Under the pieces are notes generated by a model, which saw only the letters and a list, made by a program, of their open reading frames with translations, searched no databases and was not told where the DNA came from. The position numbers and the translations under genes were made by a program. Positions 53,471-64,000 of a stretch of 64,000 nucleotides of DNA are shown piece after piece. Source of the stretch: Balanoglossus misakiensis (taxonomy: Eukaryota; Animalia; Hemichordata); NCBI GenBank assembly GCA_040954595.2, contig CM082586.2, positions 6,062,509 to 6,126,508 on the forward strand, given 5' to 3'. Each line of letters begins with the position of its first letter. The stretch's first letter is position 1.

Positions 53471-54664
53471 CATCGCCTGGCTTAACACTATCATAAATAT
53501 ATACATGTATGTGTGTACGCTGCATTGAGCTTACTTACAGTAACTTCTTCATACGCCATCAATAATGTGACGCGTTAGAAAGTCGCGTATGAGTCTTGCC
53601 AAATGCGAATAGTAAGCGTGCTGGGGAAATAAACGCGTCGCTTCATTTACGTTGCTTGACAGACTCAGTCATCGAAACCCCTTATCGAAGGATGGGTGAC
53701 AATTTGAACGAGTCAAGTTGACCACAATCGTGCTTTACCGGTGACAGTGACGTGTCCACTCAAGTATATTGACTGATTTATGTCTGTTTGAAGATAAGGC
53801 TGTACGCGCGATGAATCTGACAGAGACAATTGGGTTGAAAGATTGGGGAAGGATAATTTAAACCCATATCTCCCCTTGCTTCTAAAACGAAGAAAATGCC
53901 AAGCGTTCAATCAAGCCACAGTTGTAGTATTGCTTGATCTGACCCTTGGTGAAATTATCAATAGCTTTTCAAAATAGTAATGAGATTTCTCATGTCAACA
54001 GGAAAGTTCACATAAACGCCTTTTAAAATACGGCTCGGTATTTTGATTCGGAGTTATCAAAGACGCAATCTTTGACACACACATAAATAATATTCGATGG
54101 TATCGCTGACATACAAGGATAGAGACGAAACTATCATTTCTCGGCGCTGATTGCGTGTCATGATAACACAAGAGGGATTTTGTAGTTCGGTTATCTCTGA
54201 AATAAATCTGTCACTCTCTGAGACAACCAGCGTGTACGTGGAGAGCCCCACTCACTTTATATGGAAATTCTGTTGATAGCGCGAAGAGTCGGAAGCCTGC
54301 CGCAATCGCACAAGACAAAGTCGTGGATAACGAACACATCGATTTTTATCCTACCCAACTGTCGTGTTCTCTAGAATGCTTGCGCGGGGAATTAAGTCTG
54401 TCTATATACAGAAACCCAAAGCTTAACACTTGAGAGACAGGTCAGATAACAAGCAAATCTTCACTTGAAAACACCGTGATACTATCCCAAATGAGGGGAA
54501 AACTGCACTATCTTCTATACGTGTTAATGTCGATGACTGCTTAGTCGTCTCTGAATACGATGAAACATATTTTAAGATATTCTTAACTGTGATCGCTGAT
54601 CAAGCTATGAAAATGTTAAAATTGACTTTTTTATTTATATTGCAGAGTATGAATAATGACTTAC

Positions 54665-54775
54665 CGTCACTTCGACTTTGAAGCCTCTGTCATCTTTGTC
54701 ACACACCACCAATACACTGAGGTTTACCACGGTGAAAAACACCCGTATTGCCAGGTTAAGCCAGTTCCCGTCCAT
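54665..54775 (-). CDS. Exon 1 (signal peptide) of FKBP11-like paralog A; predicted to splice to 23837 across a 30.8-kb intron (199-aa product)
   Basis: Kozak CACCATGG; MDGNWLNLAIRVFFTVVNLSVLVVCDKDDRGFKVEVT; phase-0 donor GTAAGT. GFKVEVT corresponds to KEVKIEIM at the end of FKBP11 exon 1 (same intron position and phase). No other FKBP exons seen between 45 and 54.6 kb. Confidence 0.8.
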
Positions 54776-55885
54776 GGTGAGTGAGTATATACCGCGTCTT
54801 CACACAATCGATCGGCGGCGACGCACGCGTATGACAGGAGAACGCACACGCGGCAACGAAAATCCCCGCTAGCACGCGTGACCTGGCCTTGTTTGGAGCA
54901 CCTTCGTTTCTCGGGTTTGATTACTCAGCGATTGAGAGAACGCAAATGCACGTCTTCTTCTGGGGTCCTCTAAGTCTAATTGGCCCTATTGATGGAGCAC
55001 GGAGACGGCTAGCGGTGTCAGTCCATTAATCGGCTTAGCTGAAATCGACCAATGCTTTCCGAGGAAGAACGGCCAATTTTCCTCGCCGTTTAATCCAATG
55101 AACAGAGAGTCGCGCCGCAAATTGGTAGAGGGCGCGTCCTGTTGACAAAGTGCAAGCAGGGAACACGCGACGGTTTCCCTTTCAGCAAAGTATAAATCAG
55201 AATGAATTATTGAACTAATGGATCGACCCCGACGTCGAAATCTCCGCTTTCTTTACAGAAAACAAACCAATTTTGAAGAGTTCCGAATGTCGAGGATTGT
55301 AAACACTGCACTATACCTAGTACATGGAGAATTCTTTAAAACTTAACGATGTCTCTTTAATATTACGTATTATGAATTAGCGCTGGAAGACAAGGTCATT
55401 CGTTTATATTGTCGACAATTTCCCGTGATTGATCTATTCTTAATTATTTCTCTCTGATTTATATCACATTAAAAGTGCGCTTAAATCATTCCGGTTTTCG
55501 CCTGTGAGGTGCGCCCTCACCCAATGTCCGAGGACAGCTGAGAAAATTGGCTGGCGTTCGTAGGGGGGGGGGACCGGTTATTGATGATACCATTCAAGTT
55601 ATTATGTTCCATCGATAAGGGCAATTAGATGACCCCCAGACGAAGAAATGGGAATTGCGTTCGCTTTCACATGGCATCAACATCAGCGAGTATTAAGCAG
55701 ACCCTAGAAACGACGGCGCAGTCAATTCGTCGGGTCACGTGATTCTCAGTTGCCAAGCGTCGCGGGCGACGACTGCCTTCTGCAGTAGATCGCGCAGAAG
55801 TATAGTACGCGGGGGTACATTCACCGCGGCGTTTATAGCATGTGTAGCGTGCGTTGCCACTGAGTGTACGTAGTGACCGTACGCC
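54776..55885. promoter_or_regulatory. Putative bidirectional promoter / 5' UTRs between the head-to-head FKBP11-like paralogs
   Basis: 1.1-kb CpG-rich interval between divergent ATGs; E-box GTCACGTGA at 55734-55742; mirrored UTR words GCGTGCGTCGCCGCCGA and GCGTGCGTTGCCACTGA. Confidence 0.6.
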
Positions 55886-55999
55886 ATGGATTACGGAAAC
55901 TTGATCGCCGTCGGAATACAGGTGTTCGTCGCCGTGATAAACCTCAGTTTATTCGTAGGTTGCGACACGCATGTCGAAGGGTTCAAAGTCGTGGTTAAG
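55886..55999 (+). CDS. Exon 1 (signal peptide) of FKBP11-like paralog B; remaining exons presumably beyond the window
   Basis: Kozak GCCATGG; MDYGNLIAVGIQVFVAVINLSLFVGCDTHVEGFKVVVK; phase-0 donor GTAAGC. 19/37 aa and 79/111 nt identical to 54775-54665 by hand alignment. Confidence 0.8.
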
Positions 56000-57429
56000 G
56001 TAAGCGACATTCACATCGTAGTATACACGTAAACATAAAGTCACATTTACGATAAAACTATCTCCACACAACTTGATATAGCGGCGTGATTTATTTATTA
56101 ACTGTGCATGCTTCTATAGAGATATTATAGCTACGGTTATAATCGATGTGCAAAGGACCGATTCTGGATAAACCGTCATAAATATTTTCCCAACTCAGCG
56201 TATTACTGCCTTTTAAGCCAGATTGTAAACGAATATAATGCCTGCAGTTAAAACACTTCGCTACTTTGCAATTTGCCATAAACTATGAAATGTATTGCTT
56301 GTTTCATATTTTGAATGCCAAAACGTGATGTTCCGGTGTTCTGTTAATAGTGTAAATTATTACACTTGGCAGATTAAAAGCAATGATGTATTATTATTGT
56401 TGCTGGAAGGTGAGAAGCACGTTTCTATTACACGTAATATTTGAAGAAAACAGTAGATTCTGCCAGACCAAAACTACAGGGTCGAGCACGCACATAATTG
56501 TACTTGCACGTATGTTCAGTCGTACCCAGTCCGGGTAGCGAGCGAGGGTCCTCGTCTAGTTGTAACAACCAGTGATTAACCATGTTTTAGAGGAACAACG
56601 TAAGTGCCGATAATGATCATCAACTTAAAGGTTTCTCAAGTCTTTTGGCCGTCGCTGGTTCACGTTGTTGATGAAACGACAACGCTGGATATGGAGATCA
56701 CATTCTACTGTCTTCCGAGTGTATTTTCTTCGACGAACATTGAAGAACCGCTCAGCGTTCGCGAGTGGGCAAATTTCACCAGCGATTGTATTCATCGTAC
56801 AGGCGACTTTAACATACTGTCTATATGCTACGTACCACGTAACCCGATCGCTGCAATAAGAGACACATGCAACGCTACCCCTCTTAATCTCCCCAATCTG
56901 TCAGGTGCATAGATCGAGAACGACGGCTGTCTGCGTGTTGACGTACCAGCTCACCGACCACGAATTTCCCGAGCACCAACAAAACCGATCCGTTCGTTAT
57001 CTCTTGTGCGTATAAACATCCACGTATAGCTCTGCCTTCTGTGATGGCTGGGTTCCCGGTTCTTCAAGCTGTCAGAATGATTTCCATATAAAGTGGACAG
57101 TCTCTCCTCGACTAGATCCGATAAAAGGTGTCTCAGACAGTCGCGGGTTTATACCCGATATCACCCGAATCCACAATCCATTTCATATCACCGCGTCAAT
57201 CACCATCGATAGATAAACTTAAAGACGCTGCTCGTGTATTTCATCGATACCATCGAATCATACGTACACAGCCTTGCAGGTGTGATATCTCCCAAGCTAA
57301 ATATTTATCTCAGATTTTAATGCTTCGCACTTCTTTGTTGACGTGAGTTGCTATTTGGAAACTTAGTAGCTAGCTTCTGTACTGAGGCAAGACTACTTTA
57401 CACATATTCATGGATGTGAGTCAGGGACA

Positions 57430-57498
57430 CACTCAATCACCCGATAACTCCCTAGGAAATAAAGCTTTACTTTGAAGGCAAAGTAATTAACGGAAATT
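57430..57498 (+). other. Second paralogous conserved intronic block, copy 2
   Basis: Inverted match to 53402-53470. Confidence 0.8.
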
Positions 57499-57659
57499 GG
57501 AAAAGGATCGTGGTTTTCTTAGTGGCCTGAATGTGGCGATCGATTTGAAGTACCTACAATAGATACTGATCTCCAACGAGATGCGGAAAAGATTCCAACA
57601 ATTAATGCGCGATAAATCTTTTTCGACTTTTGAAGGTGGAGGCATAGGAGAAAGGGGTA

Positions 57660-57827
57660 ACATACATAGATACCTAGATATGTACATAGATACATACACA
57701 TATAGATACATACATACATAGATACATGCATACATACATACATACATACATACATACATACATACATACATACATACATACATACATACATACATACATA
57801 CATACATACATACATACATACATACAT

Positions 57828-57882
<55 letters not shown>

Positions 57883-57914
57883 TACATACATACATACATA
57901 CAGACAGACAGACA
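57660..57914. repeat. (CATA)n/(CAGA)n compound microsatellite
   Basis: Directly visible; explains the MYVC/HTYI pseudo-ORFs. Confidence 0.95.
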
Positions 57915-60900
57915 TTAAGTCATTAATTGTCAGTAATAACACCTGGATAGGAAAACATTAGACATGGAGAGCAGAGGTAATCGTTTTTCCCCATCAGAAA
58001 AAGGTTGACGTCATTTCCGGAGAGGAAAGAGAAGTCAACAGCATAAACGCATTTACGGTTTTAGTTTTACAAAACCCATGATTAGTTTGACCCCGGGGGA
58101 TTATCTAGAGTTTGGAACCAGTTAGGCCACTCGAAATTGAACTTAAGTTTCCTATTCAGTGCATTGTTCAGAAAATAAACAGTGGATTTTACACTGCAAA
58201 TGTTCACGTCGTGCCCTGGGCCCGGGCTCTGTTGACTGCAGCGGAGTACTCGTATTGTATGCACGTAGAATCGGTGAACACTGGATGCCTGTATTCCCAT
58301 TACACTCGAACACGGCTAAGTGATAATCCACGGTTATTGGAAACCTTTGATAACAGCGCCTTTGACGTAGATTTAGGACAGAATCCTTATCGTTTTATTA
58401 AGTCGACTAAAGCCACATCTATCAATGTCAGACGACGTTTTCGGTGACGAGTTAAATACACTACGCAGTCCTTCATAGGACGTGGAAAGGAAGCGTGTGT
58501 GTGTGCAGGGGTCTTAAAGATTAATCACCTGTCCTGATCCTCTTGACGGGGAGTGAATCTCTTTCGCAGTGTTGCGGTAAATAAAATCTCTTACGTGATA
58601 GTTGCAGGTGGATTAACATTTCTTGCACGGTGATGCTTCCTCACCTGGGATAAGCGATGACCTCCTATTGGGCGTCTGTCACGTCATTCCCGTTGAACGT
58701 GTATGATCTGTAACACATAGAACAGTTACATTAAAATCCATCAAAGGATTTGCAACCTGGTATTGCAGTGTATCATACGTGACATACTGAGATAATTCTT
58801 GACAAATGTTGTACCGTGGAACAGTCCAGGAACAGACATTATTACATCTGCACATTTGTATTTACATGTTATGGGAGCACAGTAGAAATAAGTTTTTAAC
58901 TTTCCTGTGTTATCCAGGCACTAGACGTAGGTGGTTTCAATGTATTTTATAGTGCGTTGTCAATTTTTAGTGATAAATTAATCAAACCAAATGAAAAATG
59001 TCGAAATTTGTATTCTTGAGAAGCTGTAAAGAAAAGGCAATAGCACATTATATTCCGATCTCGTATTTTGGGCTTATTAGCGTCTTATAGGGTAATAAAA
59101 ACTATGTTGTCTCTTCTGTCACGACCCGCCATGGTTCGTTACATATATGATGATTCCCGTCGAGTTTATCTGACATTGGCACTTGAACATGTAGTTTCCA
59201 TGGTTACTGAACAGATCGCTAAGATAACACGCAGTTTTAATACATGGCAAATAGCAAAGGCGCTGAGGGGGCAGTGGGTTGAACAGATAGAGTAAACCTC
59301 CCCATATCGTAACGGAAATTGTAATTTGCGAATGTGTACTTGACAGCTACTGGACACAAGAAACGGTACTGAGATTGTCACCGTTTTTATTAAAATATAT
59401 ATTTCAGACAGTCCCGAGAACGTCGGAGTGAATTCCGCTAGAAAGCGAGAAAATAAAAGTTTTGGTTTATCACGAAGAGCGTTCCTGACCTCCCAGCAAA
59501 TGGTCTCCACACCAACAACGCAAATCCATAATTAATGATCAATAAATGGGCACCGTTACAAAGCTCAGCGAAAAAAAATGATTTTTGACGCTATGGATTT
59601 CGAACAAAAGCCATGTTTGCTCAGTGCAAGCCAATGCGAGCGCAGTAAAAACTGACTTTACAGCAACCACAAGGAAAAGGAAATTACTGTCCCCCTTGCG
59701 CACGAAGCGTGATCTGAAATACAAATTACGCTCCTTTGTGAATAATTCCGCTGATGTATAACCAGCGCCTAATAGATCAAACAGCCTCGAAATTAGATCG
59801 TAGCATTACAAAGAATGACCTTATTTAGTAACTTATGGCGAATACAAAGGAATCTACAATTCGGCAGGGAATCTGATGGAAAAATACAACGTACTGAATC
59901 AGTCAGTTTTCTACTGCGTTGTGTACTTCGAAGCTTTGTATTTGCAAAGTCATAAAAAGTCAGTGAAAATCGCTGGTTACCCCTTTCACTTTTTACCTCG
60001 ATATGAAACACTTACAGTGAGGATTAAGGAGTTTTGCAGACAGGTCAAAGCTCAAGCCTGGCCTCATCCGAAAAGGTTTTATCTCAAACCTTGTAGAAGA
60101 CTGCACGTGCCACTGATCTCACAGTGAAGCGACGTGATTAGTAATCAATGATAGTTGATTGTAAGTTTTCCTCTTGCACGCAAACATGAATAGTTCGGAG
60201 GCAACAGCAACTGATGTTACTGAAAACAATTCTAGCAATTTTACACAATAATGAACTGCATGGATTGTTAAGGCTTCTGTGAAATTGGGCGCTTCGTGTT
60301 CATCTTACAGGAATCGAAGTTTTAGAGAAAAAAACGTGTTTACAACTTGTAGCTAGCTATAGATTGTATTCTGTGGAAAAGGTTTCAAGACTTAGTGATG
60401 TACCATATTCAGTGCCAGTGTCTTTCTTTCTACATGCGTGTCTGCATACCGTTCACGATTTCCAAACCCCATGCCGGGGGATAGTTTTAATTTACCTTAA
60501 ATGGCTTTGTTTAATCGCCTGTGATTCTAAGTTGTTGTCGAATGTTATTTTTCCCCCTTGGGATGCATTCTAATCAGTCTTGAAAGAGGTCCAAATTGGC
60601 CGCTTTCGTTTATGCCTATTGGGGCATGTCCTGAAACTTGAGAACACATGGCACGAACTGGGCGCGTCAATCATTTATGACAGAAAAGGAAAACACTCAT
60701 GATGAAGAATTCATACCTTCCATAATTTGGTAAAACATTTACGAGGATAAAATGTCATAGACGTAATATCGATTTCAATTACCCATGTTTGAATAATATT
60801 TTAAATGCCGATGTCAGCTGACAGCGAAGTCGTGGTTTTTCGATTTGCCAGAAGTAAATAACATTAATGAGATCATCGATATTACTCTAGTGCTACCATG

Positions 60901-61868
60901 TGATGTTTAGTGTCGGCGCGAATATACATTTCATAATTTGTTCATACGGAAAATAACAAAACAAACATTCCAGGCACGTATCTTCTCCTTTCCCGTTTCC
61001 TATTAGCAAATTATTTCTTTCATGCCACAGCTGTTATAAAACTATTTCGTCGATAAATCTTCCACTCTTTGATATGCGGTTTAAATAGTAAGGTTTAAGT
61101 CGTAATTGTTTGCCAATTTTAAAGGCAAATAGGTAACGCGTACGGTAATTTCATTTGGGTTCAACCAATCAGAAACCGCGAGTAACAGGAAACCGGGTGA
61201 ACTGTTTTCATGGAAATGCGAAGTCCACATTGAACTGTTTTGCTGACTGACTGCCTGCCTTCCATGAATAAAAATAAAGATTTACTGTAAGCTCGTTATC
61301 TTTTACGATGTTATACTTAAGAATCCCATTCGCAAATACGTGAAACGCATGCGTTCAGCGTCCTATGCAGTCCACAAAGACATGATTTCATGGGGGAAAC
61401 ATTTGCTTTGAAGATCACGTGCACTCTGCCTGTATATCGCGATGAGAACGTGTTATGCTACGTTTCAATGTGTCAGCATTGCCTATGGGAAGATGACTCA
61501 ATCGAGACAGGATCATTCTTAAAGTTGTGCATCGGATTCACAAGAATCATTTAATTTACGTTCATTTGTTGGTTTTAAAGAAGACTATAGTTCAAGAAGG
61601 TATATCGGCTAGTAAAAGCATTTGCACAGTGAATGTCACTTTTCGAGTACGCACAGTGAAAATATTTTTAAAAGAAATAATTTGTGTAAATACATCTCTT
61701 CTTTGCTAAACTTGGTTGAAGTCATTTAAAAATTATTATTTTCCCCTGGTAAGTTGCGATGGAAAACAACAAATTTAAGGTTTTCTGAGAGTAAGCACAA
61801 ACGGTGAATATCGGTAAATTTGATATAATTCAACTTCTCCGGTAGCTACATGTATTTACAAATTTGTC

Positions 61869-62016
61869 ACTCGCACTAATCAAATGTAAGATTTGATCAG
61901 CTGCTCCGTTTTGGCGCTGAAGAGAGCGTTGCATTTGTCCTGATATCTGGATAAAGGCGTTTACCTCCCAAAGTACAAGGAGCGCGCGCCAAAATCAATT
62001 ACTTGGAATTAGAGAT
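61869..62016 (+). other. Paralogous conserved intronic element, copy 2 (inverted match to 47818-47963)
   Basis: Hand alignment as for copy 1. Confidence 0.9.
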
Positions 62017-64000
62017 GGTGATTGAAAGTGATTGCTCGTAGCGCCGGTTTGATCAGCCGCTTTGGTGGGAAATATGGAGCCCGCTAATTGCGTAGTTATG
62101 TTTCCTGGCTTTCCTCGAGAGCTAATCGTGACATATAACAAGTATCCATAATAAATATTTTGCCGTCGGTTGTATTAACATATTAAGTTCAGCTAGCGAA
62201 ATGTTCAAATCACTTCTGTGCGCCGACTGCATGTAGCTATATAACCCAATGGAAAAGCATAATGAACAAAACGACCTCTGCTGTTTACTCAATGACGAGG
62301 CTGATCAAGTCTGAGAACAATTTGTCGGACAAACCATACGGTAACGTACAACAACGAAGTTAAATTCTCTGCCCTGTTGCGTGTTGCTATACCGGTAGCG
62401 GCAGACGGCCAGTATGAAGAAACGTGTCCTGGATTTCTAAGTGTAAATCTACCAGTAACACCTGCTCATTTGTTTTATGTTATGCTCATTAGAATTTCGC
62501 TCAGTCATCCACGTTAAAAATGCATGAGAGCCACGAAAGCAAAATTTAATGTAATGGTCTTTTCCAGCAACACAATTCCAAAGGCAGTAATTTTCTTACT
62601 AAATATGAAAGATTTGTTACCTCAGGTCTTCTTTCGAGAAATAACCACGGATTTTTAATGAACGAAACTCAAAATAAATGAGCGAGTGTCCAATATAATA
62701 CGGCTTCTACTTAAGGTTGAAATTTTCCCCTAATCTAATTTTGTTATAGTTATGTATTGAATGCGGGTTATTGTTAGTTTGTAAAGCTCGTGCATATGTG
62801 TACTGTACTTCGGATTTCATTAGCAAATAGCATAACACCACAGCGTTCGATGAAAGAAACTTTCGACTATTTGTCGCCGGAACAATTATGCACTAAGTTT
62901 TAATGGAATTATTCTGCAATGCTCATGGCATTTTACTGCATTAGAAGCGAAGCTGTGTTGATTGAATTAAAACAGTGGAGCACTGGACAACAGTAGCAAT
63001 CTGGAACAATGGTCAAATGTCATTAACTTAGGGGTTCATTTCAGGAAATCACATTGGTTATAGGCATGGCGGTATAACCTTCATGGGTTAGGGTTACGGC
63101 GCGGTTGTAAATGTAGAACTCATCTGCATATTCTGAAGTAGCTCGCAGGAATAAAGCCCGCTCTTCCGGGTTTACATGAACCACGTTCTTAAAGAGCAGC
63201 TTTCACTTCCTTTTGTTCGTATCTGCAGGATATCAACCAGGTAACATCCCAGTTGGCGATTCGCTAGAAATGAAACACGTGACCTGAATTCGAGATAACG
63301 CTCCTGCAATGGAGTGCAGTGTGCGCACTCACATCAATGAAATTAGAGCATTAGGCCTATTTATTAATGATCCACTTTTGATCGAAAGACATTCATGTAA
63401 TGGGATTTTTCTTTATACCCCTTGACCAGATTGGTCGTCACGTGCCTGTGCTGGGGAACCTTGTTTACTATTATATGATAACTTTTTCTCTTACACTCCT
63501 CGCACGCTTCCTAACATTAAAGGGCCACTTACATGTATATTTATTTTCCAGTATTTTTTGTTTCATGTATCAACTTCATTTTCTTGTTCTCCTCCCTAGA
63601 GTATCCCAAAATTCCCAGTTTTCTGCTGTCAACAAGTCATGCGTATGTGCACAGACCATTGTTCTTGTTGACAAATGTATCAAGTCCGGACTTAAATACA
63701 TTTGTAAGCCGATCGAGAAATCATGGATGATGAATTTCATGGCAGCACTGTTAAAAGCAGCGCGCGGAAAGCAGCGATGCCGGAGAAATCAAAGATTTGG
63801 ATAAGGACGTCGTAAATATTTTTTTGAATTGGAAATACATGCACGGTGCGTCGTGAATGCCGGCGACCTAATAGACTGATGTTTCACTCCTTCAAGAAGG
63901 GGAATAAACATTATCGAGAACATTTCACCCCTTCGGGAACACGTTAGCATTCTTCGACAATTTGGGCTCATTTCCATAATTTGATGCGTGATGTCATGGC

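Noticed and set aside
53334-53525. ORF with FKBP-like KPGDAL
   Set aside because: No other FKBP residues; it overlaps the non-coding block whose paralogous copy does not keep the peptide.
61917-61965. Hammerhead ribozyme at CUGAAGA within the conserved element
   Set aside because: No GAAA follows the putative stem II. Other CUGANGA hits (about 795, 11504, 17992, 25569) also lack the full topology.
47751-62072. Terminal inverted repeats of a 14-kb DNA transposon
   Set aside because: The outer ends are the most diverged, there is no TSD or transposase, and homology is colinear with the mirrored paralog exons.
63400-63804. 134-aa ORF (also 14238-14621 and 25296-25670)
   Set aside because: No recognisable domain or splice context; composition is typical of AT-rich non-coding DNA.

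Overview
Animal (probably marine invertebrate) nuclear DNA with spliceosomal introns; nothing prokaryotic. In order: a GPI-anchored M28 peptidase-fold gene (+, 9 exons, 5' end not found, general-base Glu appears lost); a GPI-anchored neuroligin/cholinesterase-like gene lacking the catalytic Ser (+, 9 coding exons); a tRNA-Phe(GAA) gene (-) that is otherwise canonical but has a 31-nt T-loop insertion folding into an archaeal-type bulge-helix-bulge (BHB) motif (top finding); FKBP11 (+); and a convergent FKBP11-like paralog (-). That paralog's signal-peptide exon appears to lie about 31 kb away at 54665-54775, so its first intron would hold a 17.7-kb array of an 88-bp satellite and a 544-bp Penelope-type palindrome with two hammerhead ribozymes. 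A third paralog starts head-to-head at 55886 (+). The two divergent paralogs form an old mirror duplication, and a 146-bp intronic element in it is far more conserved than their coding exon. All calls were made by reading the sequence by hand; no database searches were run.
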